Positions 28,122 through 36,413 of a stretch of 64,000 nucleotides of DNA are shown here, piece after piece. The notes under the pieces were generated by a model that was not told the DNA's origin, did not search any database, and was given only the letters and a program-made list of their open reading frames with translations. This DNA is from Candidatus Bathyarchaeia archaeon. Lineage in GTDB: Archaea; Thermoproteota; Bathyarchaeia; Bathyarchaeales; Bathycorpusculaceae. The stretch covers positions 1-64,000 of the forward strand of contig JAVZJU010000002.1 of assembly GCA_038870595.1 (NCBI GenBank), given 5' to 3'. A program made the translations under genes and the position numbers. Position 1 is the stretch's first letter, and each line of letters opens with the position of its first letter.

Positions 28122-29054
28122 GTGTTAGAAAGGCGAATACGTGTGGAGTTGAGAGATAAGGTACTTAAACTGAAGAAAGAGAAGAAAGCCATAATACTCG
28201 CACACAACTACCAGCGACCAGAGATTCAGGACATTGCAGACTACGTCGGCGACAGCATAGAACTAAGCAAAAAAGCCATGGAAGAGAAAGAAGCGGAAAT
28301 AATTGTTTTTGCAGCTGTGGATTTTATGGCTGAATCCGCAGCTATTCTGAACCCTGAAAAGAAGGTTTTGCTGCCCTCTGCTGGCGCCCGCTGTCCTATG
28401 GCTCAGATGCTGACTGTTGATGAGATTAAGAGGTGGCGTGTGCTTTACCCGCTTGTGCCGCTGGTTTTGTATGTTAACACTTTGGCTTCTGCAAAAGCTT
28501 ATTGCGATGTCTGTTGCACGTCAGCCAACGCCGTCGAAGTGATAAACGCCTTGGATGCTGAAACGGTTCTTTTTGGACCGGACCACAACTTGGCGGAGTA
28601 CGTACAGGAAAAGACTGGAAAAACAGTTATTCCGATTCCAGAACGTGGTTTTTGCCCAACCCATCTCCTCTTCCAACCGGAAGAAGTGCAGATTCTCAGG
28701 GCTGATTACCCGGATGCTGTTGTCATGGTTCATCCGGAGTGTACGGCTGAAATGCGGAAAATAGCCGACTTCATTGGGAGCACGTCCCAAATGTGCCGAT
28801 ACGCAAAGGAAAGTAACGCTGAAACATTTATTGTGGCAACAGAGGAAGGGCTTCTGCACCGTTTGAGGAAGGATAATCCTGGTAAACGTTTTGTTTTGGC
28901 TTATGAGGGCGCCGTCTGCCCCAACATGAAGCTTAACACTCTTGAAAGAATTTACACAGCCCTTAAAGAGGAGAAGCACGTGGTCACTGTTCCAGAGCCA
29001 ATAGCAAGCAAAGCTAGAAAAGCCCTAGAAAAAATGTTTGAAATAACGCATTAA
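28122..29054 (+). CDS. nadA: Quinolinate synthase A
   Basis: ILAHNYQRPEIQDIADYVGDS, FMAESA, the Cys ligands CPMAQM, FCPTH and HPEC. GTG start. Confidence 0.85.
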   Translation: MLERRIRVELRDKVLKLKKEKKAIILAHNYQRPEIQDIADYVGDSIELSKKAMEEKEAEIIVFAAVDFMAESAAILNPEKKVLLPSAGARCPMAQMLTVDEIKRWRVLYPLVPLVLYVNTLASAKAYCDVCCTSANAVEVINALDAETVLFGPDHNLAEYVQEKTGKTVIPIPERGFCPTHLLFQPEEVQILRADYPDAVVMVHPECTAEMRKIADFIGSTSQMCRYAKESNAETFIVATEEGLLHRLRKDNPGKRFVLAYEGAVCPNMKLNTLERIYTALKEEKHVVTVPEPIASKARKALEKMFEITH

Positions 29055-29068
29055 AAGCTCTCATCTTT

Positions 29069-29485
29069 TCAAAGCGAGACAATCATTGTTTTTAGAAGCT
29101 TAACACCCCGCTTTGATGAAAGTTCATCGCTTAACCGTCGAATTTCAGCAGCGTCACCCTTAACCGCTATGGCTTCTAAGCAATCCCGCTCTGTCAAGTG
29201 AATATGCATTGTTGAAGAGATTATGCCAGCATAATGGTGCTGTACATCCGTGAGGGCGTCTTCTAAACCCCTAACCTCATGGTCATAGAGAAGCATTAAA
29301 ACCCCGGCTTGAAGACCTTTTTCCTCTTGAAGCCACTTACGCTCGGAAACAAAGAGTCTAACAGCGTCTTGAACAGCCTTGGAGCGATTTTCGTAGCCCA
29401 TTTTTTGGATAACCCCATCGAAGTCTCTTAAAAGGTTTGGCGGAAAGGTCACGCTTACTCGCACTATTTTTTCAGTTTTCGCCAT
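29069..29485 (-). CDS. nikR: NikR-type nickel-responsive regulator (ribbon-helix-helix + C-terminal metal-binding domain)
   Basis: RHH N-terminus VRVSVTFPPNLLRDFDGVI...SKAVQDAVRLF. C-terminal HHYAGIISSTMHIHLTERDCLE (H-x13-HxH-x5-C pattern). Confidence 0.7.
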   Translation of the reverse strand: MAKTEKIVRVSVTFPPNLLRDFDGVIQKMGYENRSKAVQDAVRLFVSERKWLQEEKGLQAGVLMLLYDHEVRGLEDALTDVQHHYAGIISSTMHIHLTERDCLEAIAVKGDAAEIRRLSDELSSKRGVKLLKTMIVSL

Positions 29486-29570
29486 GAAGACCACGTTTTT
29501 ATTTTGTGTTTTTGACCATAAAGTTTTTATGCAATGGATATTACGTTTTTATAAAAAAGTATTACTAAGG

Positions 29571-30104
29571 ATGAAAATGCACCACTTTAAACCAATTGAC
29601 ATAGCCATAATAGCCATATTCTCAGCCTTGTGGGCGGCATTAAACCTTACAGTAGGACCCTTAGGATTCACGCTGTTTCATTTGCCCATATTTTGCGATT
29701 TCTCTGTCTATTTTACTTTGCTTTTGGCTACTTGGGCTTCTGGAAGAACTGGAATACCGTCAATGGTCGGCGTAATAGGCGCATTAATAGTGCTGGCAAT
29801 GAGGCCAGAATCAACGCAGATGATAGGTTTTCTAGCGTCAGCCATCTTCTTTGACGCCTTAATGACGCTGTGCAAACATAAAATTAACCTCAAACCCTAC
29901 AATATGGCTGTAGCAGCCATTGCAACAATAATATCTGCCTATTTTGCAGGTGTAGTCATTGGAACAGTTTTCATGGCTAGATCTTTGGAGTGGTCGCTGA
30001 CATTTTGGGGCGCGTGGCACTTGATGGGTGGAATAATAAGCCTAGTAATTGCTCTACCAGTGATAGGAGCGCTTGAAAAGGCGAAGGGAATAAAAAGTGC
30101 TTGA
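29571..30104 (+). CDS. Polytopic membrane protein, ECF-transporter S-component-like (putative metal/cofactor uptake)
   Basis: Five or six TM helices, about 180 aa, divergent from nikR. The ATG at 29571 has a tttttataaaa element about 25 nt upstream; the track start at 29484 would overlap the nikR start. Confidence 0.4.
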   Translation: MKMHHFKPIDIAIIAIFSALWAALNLTVGPLGFTLFHLPIFCDFSVYFTLLLATWASGRTGIPSMVGVIGALIVLAMRPESTQMIGFLASAIFFDALMTLCKHKINLKPYNMAVAAIATIISAYFAGVVIGTVFMARSLEWSLTFWGAWHLMGGIISLVIALPVIGALEKAKGIKSA

Positions 30105-30546
30105 TGAAAAAGAAGCCCTAACGCTTGAAATTAGGAACGCTGAAAACCTTCATGGGCATCTTGGACCATTCCTAGTTATAGGAGTAAAAATGGCGAGGTT
30201 GGCAAAGAAAACGTTAAACGTGGACAGGGACAAACAGTGGGACTTGCAGGTTATGGCGGAGCTCCCATTAACAGCACCTTTTTCATGCGTCCTCGACGGC
30301 ATCCAGGCAACCACTCAATGCACCGTGGGGAATAGAAAACTTGAGGTAAAGAATTCTAACGAAGGCATGGTGGCAATTTTTAAACTCAAAAGTCAAAACA
30401 AGGCCTTGAAAATTCACGTAAACAAGCAAATGGTAGAAATGCTTAAACAACAACTTTTAAAAGGCGTGTCCAACGAGGAGCTTGCTTGGAAAATAGCGAA
30501 CACGCCAGAAAATCAGCTATTTAAGTTGAAAATGAATAAATTCTAA
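30097..30546 (+). CDS. FmdE-domain protein
   Basis: NLHGHLGPFLVIGVKMA matches the FmdE HGHxCPG-type motif region. 8-nt overlap with the upstream membrane gene. Confidence 0.55.
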   Translation: MLDEKEALTLEIRNAENLHGHLGPFLVIGVKMARLAKKTLNVDRDKQWDLQVMAELPLTAPFSCVLDGIQATTQCTVGNRKLEVKNSNEGMVAIFKLKSQNKALKIHVNKQMVEMLKQQLLKGVSNEELAWKIANTPENQLFKLKMNKF

Positions 30547-30565
30547 TCTTTGCCACCATATTTTA

Positions 30566-31387
30566 GTGTCTGGCATGCTTAGATGGGAATGCATCACCAA
30601 AGATTTCGTGGCTGTCAGTGTTGGCAAAGAATACAACGGAGAGCCATATTATTGGACAACCTTCTACTATTACAATGGATTGGTCGTAGACACTGGCTGT
30701 CCGCACACGGCGGAAGAAGCTGCAAAATTTATAGAAGATATGAGGTTAAATGTTAGGGCTGTCCTATTAACCCATCATCATGAGGACCACTGTGGCGGAG
30801 CCCCAATTTTCAGAGAAAGGTTCGGCATTGAAGTTTTTGCCTCGCAAAAGTCGCTGGAAATCTTGGCAAAACCTCCAGAAATCCCAACTTATAGGCAAGT
30901 GGTTTGGGGTCAACCTAAACCAGTCAAAGCTACCCCGCTCAAGGAAACCATCAAGGTCGGCGACTTAATGGTTAAAACTTTTGAGACGCCAGGGCACAGC
31001 TTTGACAGCGTCTCCTTTCTAGTTGAAGACTACTTATTTATTGGAGATTTGGTGACGAACCCTAGTCCAGTTATTATGATGCGGGATGAAAACCTAGCGG
31101 AAACGGTAAATTCGCTTAAAATGATTACAAATTTAGATTTTGAGAAAGCCTATGGAGGACACGATCTTTTGGACAAAAACGCCCTCATTAAGGTTTTAGA
31201 AAACATTTCAGCGTTGAAAAATAATGTTGAAGCTCTCCAGAGTGAAGGGCTAAATGTGGAGCAGATTGTGGAAAGGCTCTTTTCAAAAGTGCCTAAAAAG
31301 GTTTTGCAGATGGAAATTGTAAGCCAAGGTGAATGGTCAAGGAAGAACCTTGTTGAAGCGCTTTTAAAATGGGACAAGAATGATTGA
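30566..31387 (+). CDS. MBL-fold metallo-hydrolase
   Basis: LTHHHEDHCGG (HxHxDH) plus downstream His/Asp ligands (PGHS, GGHD). Confidence 0.75.
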   Translation: MSGMLRWECITKDFVAVSVGKEYNGEPYYWTTFYYYNGLVVDTGCPHTAEEAAKFIEDMRLNVRAVLLTHHHEDHCGGAPIFRERFGIEVFASQKSLEILAKPPEIPTYRQVVWGQPKPVKATPLKETIKVGDLMVKTFETPGHSFDSVSFLVEDYLFIGDLVTNPSPVIMMRDENLAETVNSLKMITNLDFEKAYGGHDLLDKNALIKVLENISALKNNVEALQSEGLNVEQIVERLFSKVPKKVLQMEIVSQGEWSRKNLVEALLKWDKND

Positions 31388-31817
31388 AGATCTCAAAACA
31401 GCCAAAAAGAAACTCCTCGAAAATGGTTTAACACTTGTAATAGTTAGGGATTCCAAGGTGCTCTTTGAAAGTAATGCCCACGGAGTTTCCGCCTTCCTAG
31501 AAGCTTTAGAAAAACTTGGAAAAAAAATGAGAGAAGCGTCGATTGCGGATAAAGTCGTTGGAAAGGCTGTAGCATTACTCTGCATTTACGCTAAAGTTAG
31601 GGCTGTCTACGCTTCAACCCTCAGCATTAAAGCCAAACAAATATTTGAAAACTACAACGTCCATTTCGAATGGAATAGGCTTGTAGAAAAGATACTGGAT
31701 GCTTCTGGAAAGGATGTTTGCCCCTTTGAAAAAGCCGCCATAGAGGTTAACGATCCAAAAGATGCTTATAGAAAGTTTAAAGCGCTTCTGGAAAACCTTA
31801 AAAGCGATAAAAAATGA
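31380..31817 (+). CDS. DUF1893-family protein
   Basis: 145 aa; the pattern TLVIVRDSKVLFES...DKVVGKAVALLC...CPFE matches the DUF1893 profile as recalled. Confidence 0.4.
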   Translation: MIEDLKTAKKKLLENGLTLVIVRDSKVLFESNAHGVSAFLEALEKLGKKMREASIADKVVGKAVALLCIYAKVRAVYASTLSIKAKQIFENYNVHFEWNRLVEKILDASGKDVCPFEKAAIEVNDPKDAYRKFKALLENLKSDKK

Positions 31818-31826
31818 GGATGCGGT

Positions 31827-32261
31827 ATGTTTGGGGAGCGCGAAGGGTTTATATCAGAAAACGACGTTGAACTGAAACATATCAGAGAAAGAAAGCTGCG
31901 CGAATTAATGAAAGAATTTGAGGAGAAGAAAAGTTTGAGCGGACAAGTAATTCACATCACAGATTCAAATTTCAAAGAAATAGTGGGCAAAAATCCACTT
32001 GTGCTGGTTGACTTTTTTGCAGACTGGTGCATGCCCTGCAGAATGATGGCACCAGTTATAGAGGAACTGGCAAGGGAGTATGCTGGCAAAGTTCTTGTTG
32101 GAAAAATCAATGTTGACGAAAATCCGGCAACAGCCGACCGATTTCAAGTTTTCAGCATACCAACCCTTGTAATCTTGAAAGCTGGAGAAGAAGTTGATAG
32201 GATAGTGGGCTTTGTACCAAAAAGCCAAATTGAAGTCCGCCTCAAAAAATATTTGGAGTGA
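31827..32261 (+). CDS. Thioredoxin
   Basis: FFADWCMPCRMMAP (WCxPC) and FSIPTL, with an N-terminal extension of about 40 aa. Confidence 0.8.
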   Translation: MFGEREGFISENDVELKHIRERKLRELMKEFEEKKSLSGQVIHITDSNFKEIVGKNPLVLVDFFADWCMPCRMMAPVIEELAREYAGKVLVGKINVDENPATADRFQVFSIPTLVILKAGEEVDRIVGFVPKSQIEVRLKKYLE

Positions 32262-32452
32262 AAAAGGGACATGGACTTGCATGAGCGCAGAGTTATAGGC
32301 GCCCTTCTACTTCTTTTAGGTGTATCCCTATTCGCCATAGGCTTATACACTGGACAGGTAAACGCCATAATTGAACTTTTAAAGAGAGCCTTTAGACCTT
32401 TAGGCTTTTAGGCGGAAAATGAAAAAACTTAACTTCACGTAGCCTAATCTAA

Positions 32453-33043
32453 TTGGTTTATTTGACGGGTGAATGCATGAGCCCAAAAGTTGAAGGTGAA
32501 AATGGCGAGAAGGAGGCAATCCTTGAAGTTGCAAAGCTTATGCTGGCCGCAGCGAGAACAGCCCCAAAAACGGCCGGGATAGACGACATTTTAACGCTGA
32601 TTGTTTATGGCGAGGAGAAGGACGCCATAGCCGAAAAGATGGAAGAGATAGCCGAACAAAGAAAAATTGACGGATTTAAACGAGACGCGAAAAATGTGAA
32701 GGACTCTGAAGCCGTAGTTTTAATAGGAGTTAGGGGGAGCAAAAGCATAGGAATCAGTTGCGGAGCATGCGGTTACAAAAACTGTAGTGAGTTTGAAGAA
32801 GCAAAAAAACTGGCGGGACAAGACTTTACTGGTCCAACATGCCTTTTTAAGGCTTTAGACCTTGGAATAGCCCTAGGCTCAGCGGTTAAAATTGCAAGTC
32901 TCTTAAACATTGACAACCGCATAATGTACCGTATAGGCACAGCGGCACTAAAGTTGAACCTGCTACCTGAAGCAACAGTTGCAATGGGTATACCGCTTTC
33001 GGCAAAGGGCAAAAACATATACTTTGACAGAAGATGGCCTTAA
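32453..33043 (+). CDS. DUF2148-like protein with CxxCx5C motif
   Basis: ISCGACGYKNC cluster. Likely start at MSPKVEG (32477). Confidence 0.4.
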   Translation: MVYLTGECMSPKVEGENGEKEAILEVAKLMLAAARTAPKTAGIDDILTLIVYGEEKDAIAEKMEEIAEQRKIDGFKRDAKNVKDSEAVVLIGVRGSKSIGISCGACGYKNCSEFEEAKKLAGQDFTGPTCLFKALDLGIALGSAVKIASLLNIDNRIMYRIGTAALKLNLLPEATVAMGIPLSAKGKNIYFDRRWP

Positions 33044-33072
33044 GCCTTAAAGCTTTGTAGCCGCTTTCAGCC

Positions 33073-33681
33073 TTAGCTTTGGCTCTTCATTTTCTCATAC
33101 ATTTTCTCTAATGTCCACTTGACACTTGACTTAAGCTCTTTTAGTCGTTCTGCATCAAAATTTTTGACGTGAATTTCGCGGATAATTTCGCCGTCCCTAA
33201 CAATATTGTAGGAAAAAATTTCTTCGGGCTTTAGCTTTCCAGCCTTAGCTAGTTCGCCATCCTTCTGTTGCATCCTCGCCAAAACCCTTTCCACCAAAAA
33301 CTGATTAAACGGCGGCGTGTTAACATTGAATTTTTTGTCTTCGGCTAAGACAATTTTTAGGAAGGCTTCACCCACGTAGAGTGTTGCAAGCAGTTCACCA
33401 GCAGCAGTTTTCAAGGGGATAACTTCTTTAAACTCTGGCATCTGCGCCGGTAGCTGAATCACCATCTCCTCTTCTTTTGTTGGCACAGCCACTGCTGGAA
33501 GTGTCGGCGCTGGGGCTTTAGCAATTTCAGCTCGTTTAAATCCTTTAGCCAAAAGAACAGAGTTCACAGCTTCTAAAATTGATTTTAGCTCTCTAAGCTC
33601 TGATTCAAGTTTTTCAACTCTTCTTTCAAGCTTCTTTTTGAAGGCTAGAAGCCTCTTAACCTCTTCAGCCTCTTCAGACAT
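33073..33681 (-). CDS. Hypothetical protein, coiled-coil N-terminus
   Basis: ORF only. Confidence 0.4.
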   Translation of the reverse strand: MSEEAEEVKRLLAFKKKLERRVEKLESELRELKSILEAVNSVLLAKGFKRAEIAKAPAPTLPAVAVPTKEEEMVIQLPAQMPEFKEVIPLKTAAGELLATLYVGEAFLKIVLAEDKKFNVNTPPFNQFLVERVLARMQQKDGELAKAGKLKPEEIFSYNIVRDGEIIREIHVKNFDAERLKELKSSVKWTLEKMYEKMKSQS

Positions 33682-33743
33682 GCCCGCCCACAGCTAAGGA
33701 TATGGCGCTTTCTACTTATCAAATCTTTGCTAAACCAAAAATT

Positions 33744-34232
33744 TCAGAGAGTCTCCGCTAACGTGCAATCCTCAAGGCTGGGCTTTAGGTTGGCGTACTC
33801 TTCAATTTTTATTCCAAACTCTTTTTCAAGAAAGTTTTCAAACTCTTGGAAAACTGTGCTGTCTGTAAAATTCAGTTTAACACAAGTGTTCCGCCCATGT
33901 GTGAGGGGACTCAAATCGTAGAGGGCAATCCTTTTTGAGAAGTCCGGATTTTCAAGGAAAAAGTTTAAGAGGGTTTCGGGCGGCGTTTCGGAGAAAACCC
34001 AAGCCATATAAGAGGCTTCCACAACTCGGTAGGATAGGCCTTCACGAACAACACACTTTCTGTTTTGGGCAATATTCCGAAAGGATGAGGGGTGAATGTT
34101 TCGAGTTAATAGGAAATTGTGATATTTGCGGTCAACCTCAACCCAGTCTTCACTTTCAGAGGTTTTCCAACCACGGAACCTGCAAGTTTCCTTAAACTTT
34201 TTCAGAATTTCCCAAATCCTTGATGTTTTCAT
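33744..34232 (-). CDS. Hypothetical protein
   Basis: ORF. The ATG at 34232 is preferred over the TTG at 34244. Confidence 0.4.
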   Translation of the reverse strand: MKTSRIWEILKKFKETCRFRGWKTSESEDWVEVDRKYHNFLLTRNIHPSSFRNIAQNRKCVVREGLSYRVVEASYMAWVFSETPPETLLNFFLENPDFSKRIALYDLSPLTHGRNTCVKLNFTDSTVFQEFENFLEKEFGIKIEEYANLKPSLEDCTLAETL

Positions 34233-34254
34233 CTTCTGACACAAACCTCTCTGT

Positions 34255-34279
34255 TAGAATCTTCTAGAAGAATATTCTA
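34255..34279. promoter_or_regulatory. Nested palindromes in the divergent intergenic region upstream of the Lrp/AsnC gene
   Basis: TTCTAGAA (34262..34269) and AGAATATTCT (34269..34278), flanked by TAGAAT/ATTCTA. An AAAATTG x3 cluster sits nearby at about 34327..34360. Confidence 0.3.
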
Positions 34280-34587
34280 TCCCACAGATTTAAACTTATT
34301 TGTCAGTTTATCTGCAAAAATGTAGCTTTAAAAATCAAAAATTGAAAAATTGTAGGTTAAAAATTGTTTTTATGACAATTTTCCGGAAAATGCAAAGGAA
34401 GTTTTTGGAGCATTATTTAAGAATAGGAAACACGCGTACAGATTTTACCATAGCTATTTCATTGCTTTTTCCGGTGCTATTTAATCGAACATTTTCCAAT
34501 TTTAAACTGTTTTTTCTACATTTTTCCGACAACAAACGATATATTGCTTAGGCGTTTCTAGATAGGGAGTATTAGCAGGGCTATAAG

Positions 34588-35109
34588 TTGCGCGTCAAAA
34601 ACAACATGTTAAGCCTCGACTCAACGGACATCAAAATATTGGAAATGCTGCAAGAGGACGCCAGACAAACCTATATGACTATTGGCAAACGCTTAGGAAT
34701 AGCCCACTCCACAGTCTACGACAGAATAAAGCGGATGGAGCAGCACGGCATAATAAAAAAGTACACAGCCCTCATAGACTCTGAAAAAGCTGGAGCCAAA
34801 AACGTAACAGCTATAATGACAATAATCACAGACCCAAAAGAAAGCGAGAAAGTAGCTGAAAAACTCTGCAGGGTTCCCCAAGTCGCAGAAGTCTACACAT
34901 CCCTATCAGAAGAACTCCAAATAATAGCAAAAGTCATAGCCGAAAACCAGGAAAGTCTCCACGAGTTTATCGCCAGCACAGTTGCTCCGCTTCCGGGAGT
35001 TCTGCGAATCCGCACATCCATAATTACAAAAAAGTTTAAGGAAACCCAACCTTTAATAATAAATGACCCGAAAAAGTTAACACCAACAGAGGACAAAAAT
35101 AGACAATAA
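34588..35109 (+). CDS. Lrp/AsnC family transcriptional regulator (full length: HTH + RAM)
   Basis: LDSTDIKILEMLQEDARQTYMTIGKRLGIAHSTVYDRIKRMEQHGIIKKY, then a RAM domain. Confidence 0.8.
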   Translation: MRVKNNMLSLDSTDIKILEMLQEDARQTYMTIGKRLGIAHSTVYDRIKRMEQHGIIKKYTALIDSEKAGAKNVTAIMTIITDPKESEKVAEKLCRVPQVAEVYTSLSEELQIIAKVIAENQESLHEFIASTVAPLPGVLRIRTSIITKKFKETQPLIINDPKKLTPTEDKNRQ

Positions 35110-35125
35110 GAAGGGAGAAACAAAA

Positions 35126-35464
35126 GTGAAAAAGGAAACGGAAATAAAAGCCTTAAAAATTGTTCCGAGAGAGAAAGCCTTCTATTTCTTTACATCGATA
35201 GGGAACTATACTGGCGAAAGCGCCTCATCGCTGGAAGAGTTTATGGAAAAAATAAACGAAGTTAACGTGAAATCTTTAGAGTTTCACCTTTACCGCGGAG
35301 ACTTCGAAAAATGGATAAACGAAGTCCTAGAGGATGCAGTGCTAGCTGAAGAAGTAAGAAAATTGAAAACGGCAAGCTTGACAGGGGAAAACCTTCGAAA
35401 CCAATTATACATGACGGTAGCTAGAGAATTAAAGCGTTTAACAAACGCAGTCTCACTCACATAA
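35126..35464 (+). CDS. Small hypothetical protein (GTG start, GGGAG upstream)
   Basis: ORF with an RBS-like GGGAGA 8 nt upstream. Its 3' end overlaps the convergent gene 35290..36357 by 175 nt, so one of the two ends is uncertain. Confidence 0.3.
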   Translation: MKKETEIKALKIVPREKAFYFFTSIGNYTGESASSLEEFMEKINEVNVKSLEFHLYRGDFEKWINEVLEDAVLAEEVRKLKTASLTGENLRNQLYMTVARELKRLTNAVSLT

Positions 35465-36357
35465 AAATTCTTAGACAATGCTGATTTTAAGGACACTTCT
35501 GATTCTTGCGCTTCTTTAATCAAGTCTGATATTTTCAAGTTGCTAACAGGTGGAGAGTCAGGATAAAATCGGAGATGTGAAGGAATTTTAAACGACCAGT
35601 CCGGATAGGCCTCTCTAACGGCTTGCCCTATAGTTTTATTTCCATAGAAAAGGCGTTGTATCAGTTTTATTATTTCCCAATCTGAATGCGTTATTGAAAC
35701 CCAGCTATCCCAGCCTATATAAACAGTTGCACCCTTACTACGGAAAGCTTCTGCCATATGTATACCTGCTGTTTGGTTCAGGGTTTGACATCCCATCGCA
35801 ATAACTATGCTCTTGGGAAAAGTGCCCTCTAACTCCTTTACGAAATCTGATGCGAAAGCAAAATACTTTTTAATTGTTCCAGAAATATTTAGCTCGCCCA
35901 TAACCAGAAGCCCTTTATTTTGCAGTTCTCCGTATTTCCAAGAATCATACCGCTCGGATGTAAAGAAGTCTACTGCTGAACCGTCTTTTCGCAGTGCGGC
36001 ATGGGTTCTTAAAATTATTATGCCATAATTGCCTTTAGCCAGTCCCTTGAAAAATTCAACTTTGGTCTGAGTATAATTGTAATATGCAACTGTAAAATTG
36101 TGTTCTTCCAAAAGGTCGGTCATAGCATCAACAAAAGTTTGATTGTAAAAATCTTCGCTGAGCTGGTCGATTATCGCAGCTTTAAGTGAGAACTTAACCT
36201 CGCTTTCTGAGGCTCGCCAGAAAAACTGGTATATTACCGCGCCTAAAATTATGATGACAGCTAGCGTTATTGAAATCGCTAGCAATTTCTTGTTTAATAG
36301 TGGTTTTTTTGCCTCTTTTCCCTGAGCTTTTTTCATTTTTCGAGTTTTCTCCGACAT
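35290..36357 (-). CDS. N-terminally membrane-anchored extracellular protein, possible clan-CD-like His/Cys dyad
   Basis: Lys-rich N-terminus plus a TM segment. His in IIILRTHAA and Cys in VIAMGCQT after hydrophobic strands. The C-terminal 58 aa may be read-through. Confidence 0.3.
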   Translation of the reverse strand: MSEKTRKMKKAQGKEAKKPLLNKKLLAISITLAVIIILGAVIYQFFWRASESEVKFSLKAAIIDQLSEDFYNQTFVDAMTDLLEEHNFTVAYYNYTQTKVEFFKGLAKGNYGIIILRTHAALRKDGSAVDFFTSERYDSWKYGELQNKGLLVMGELNISGTIKKYFAFASDFVKELEGTFPKSIVIAMGCQTLNQTAGIHMAEAFRSKGATVYIGWDSWVSITHSDWEIIKLIQRLFYGNKTIGQAVREAYPDWSFKIPSHLRFYPDSPPVSNLKISDLIKEAQESEVSLKSALSKNFYVSETAFVKRFNSLATVMYNWFRRFSPVKLAVFNFLTSSASTASSRTSFIHFSKSPR

Positions 36358-36413
36358 AGGCTATGGTAGCCTCTAACCGGGTTTTTATGTATAGAATAAG
36401 AAGGGTTAAAGGG

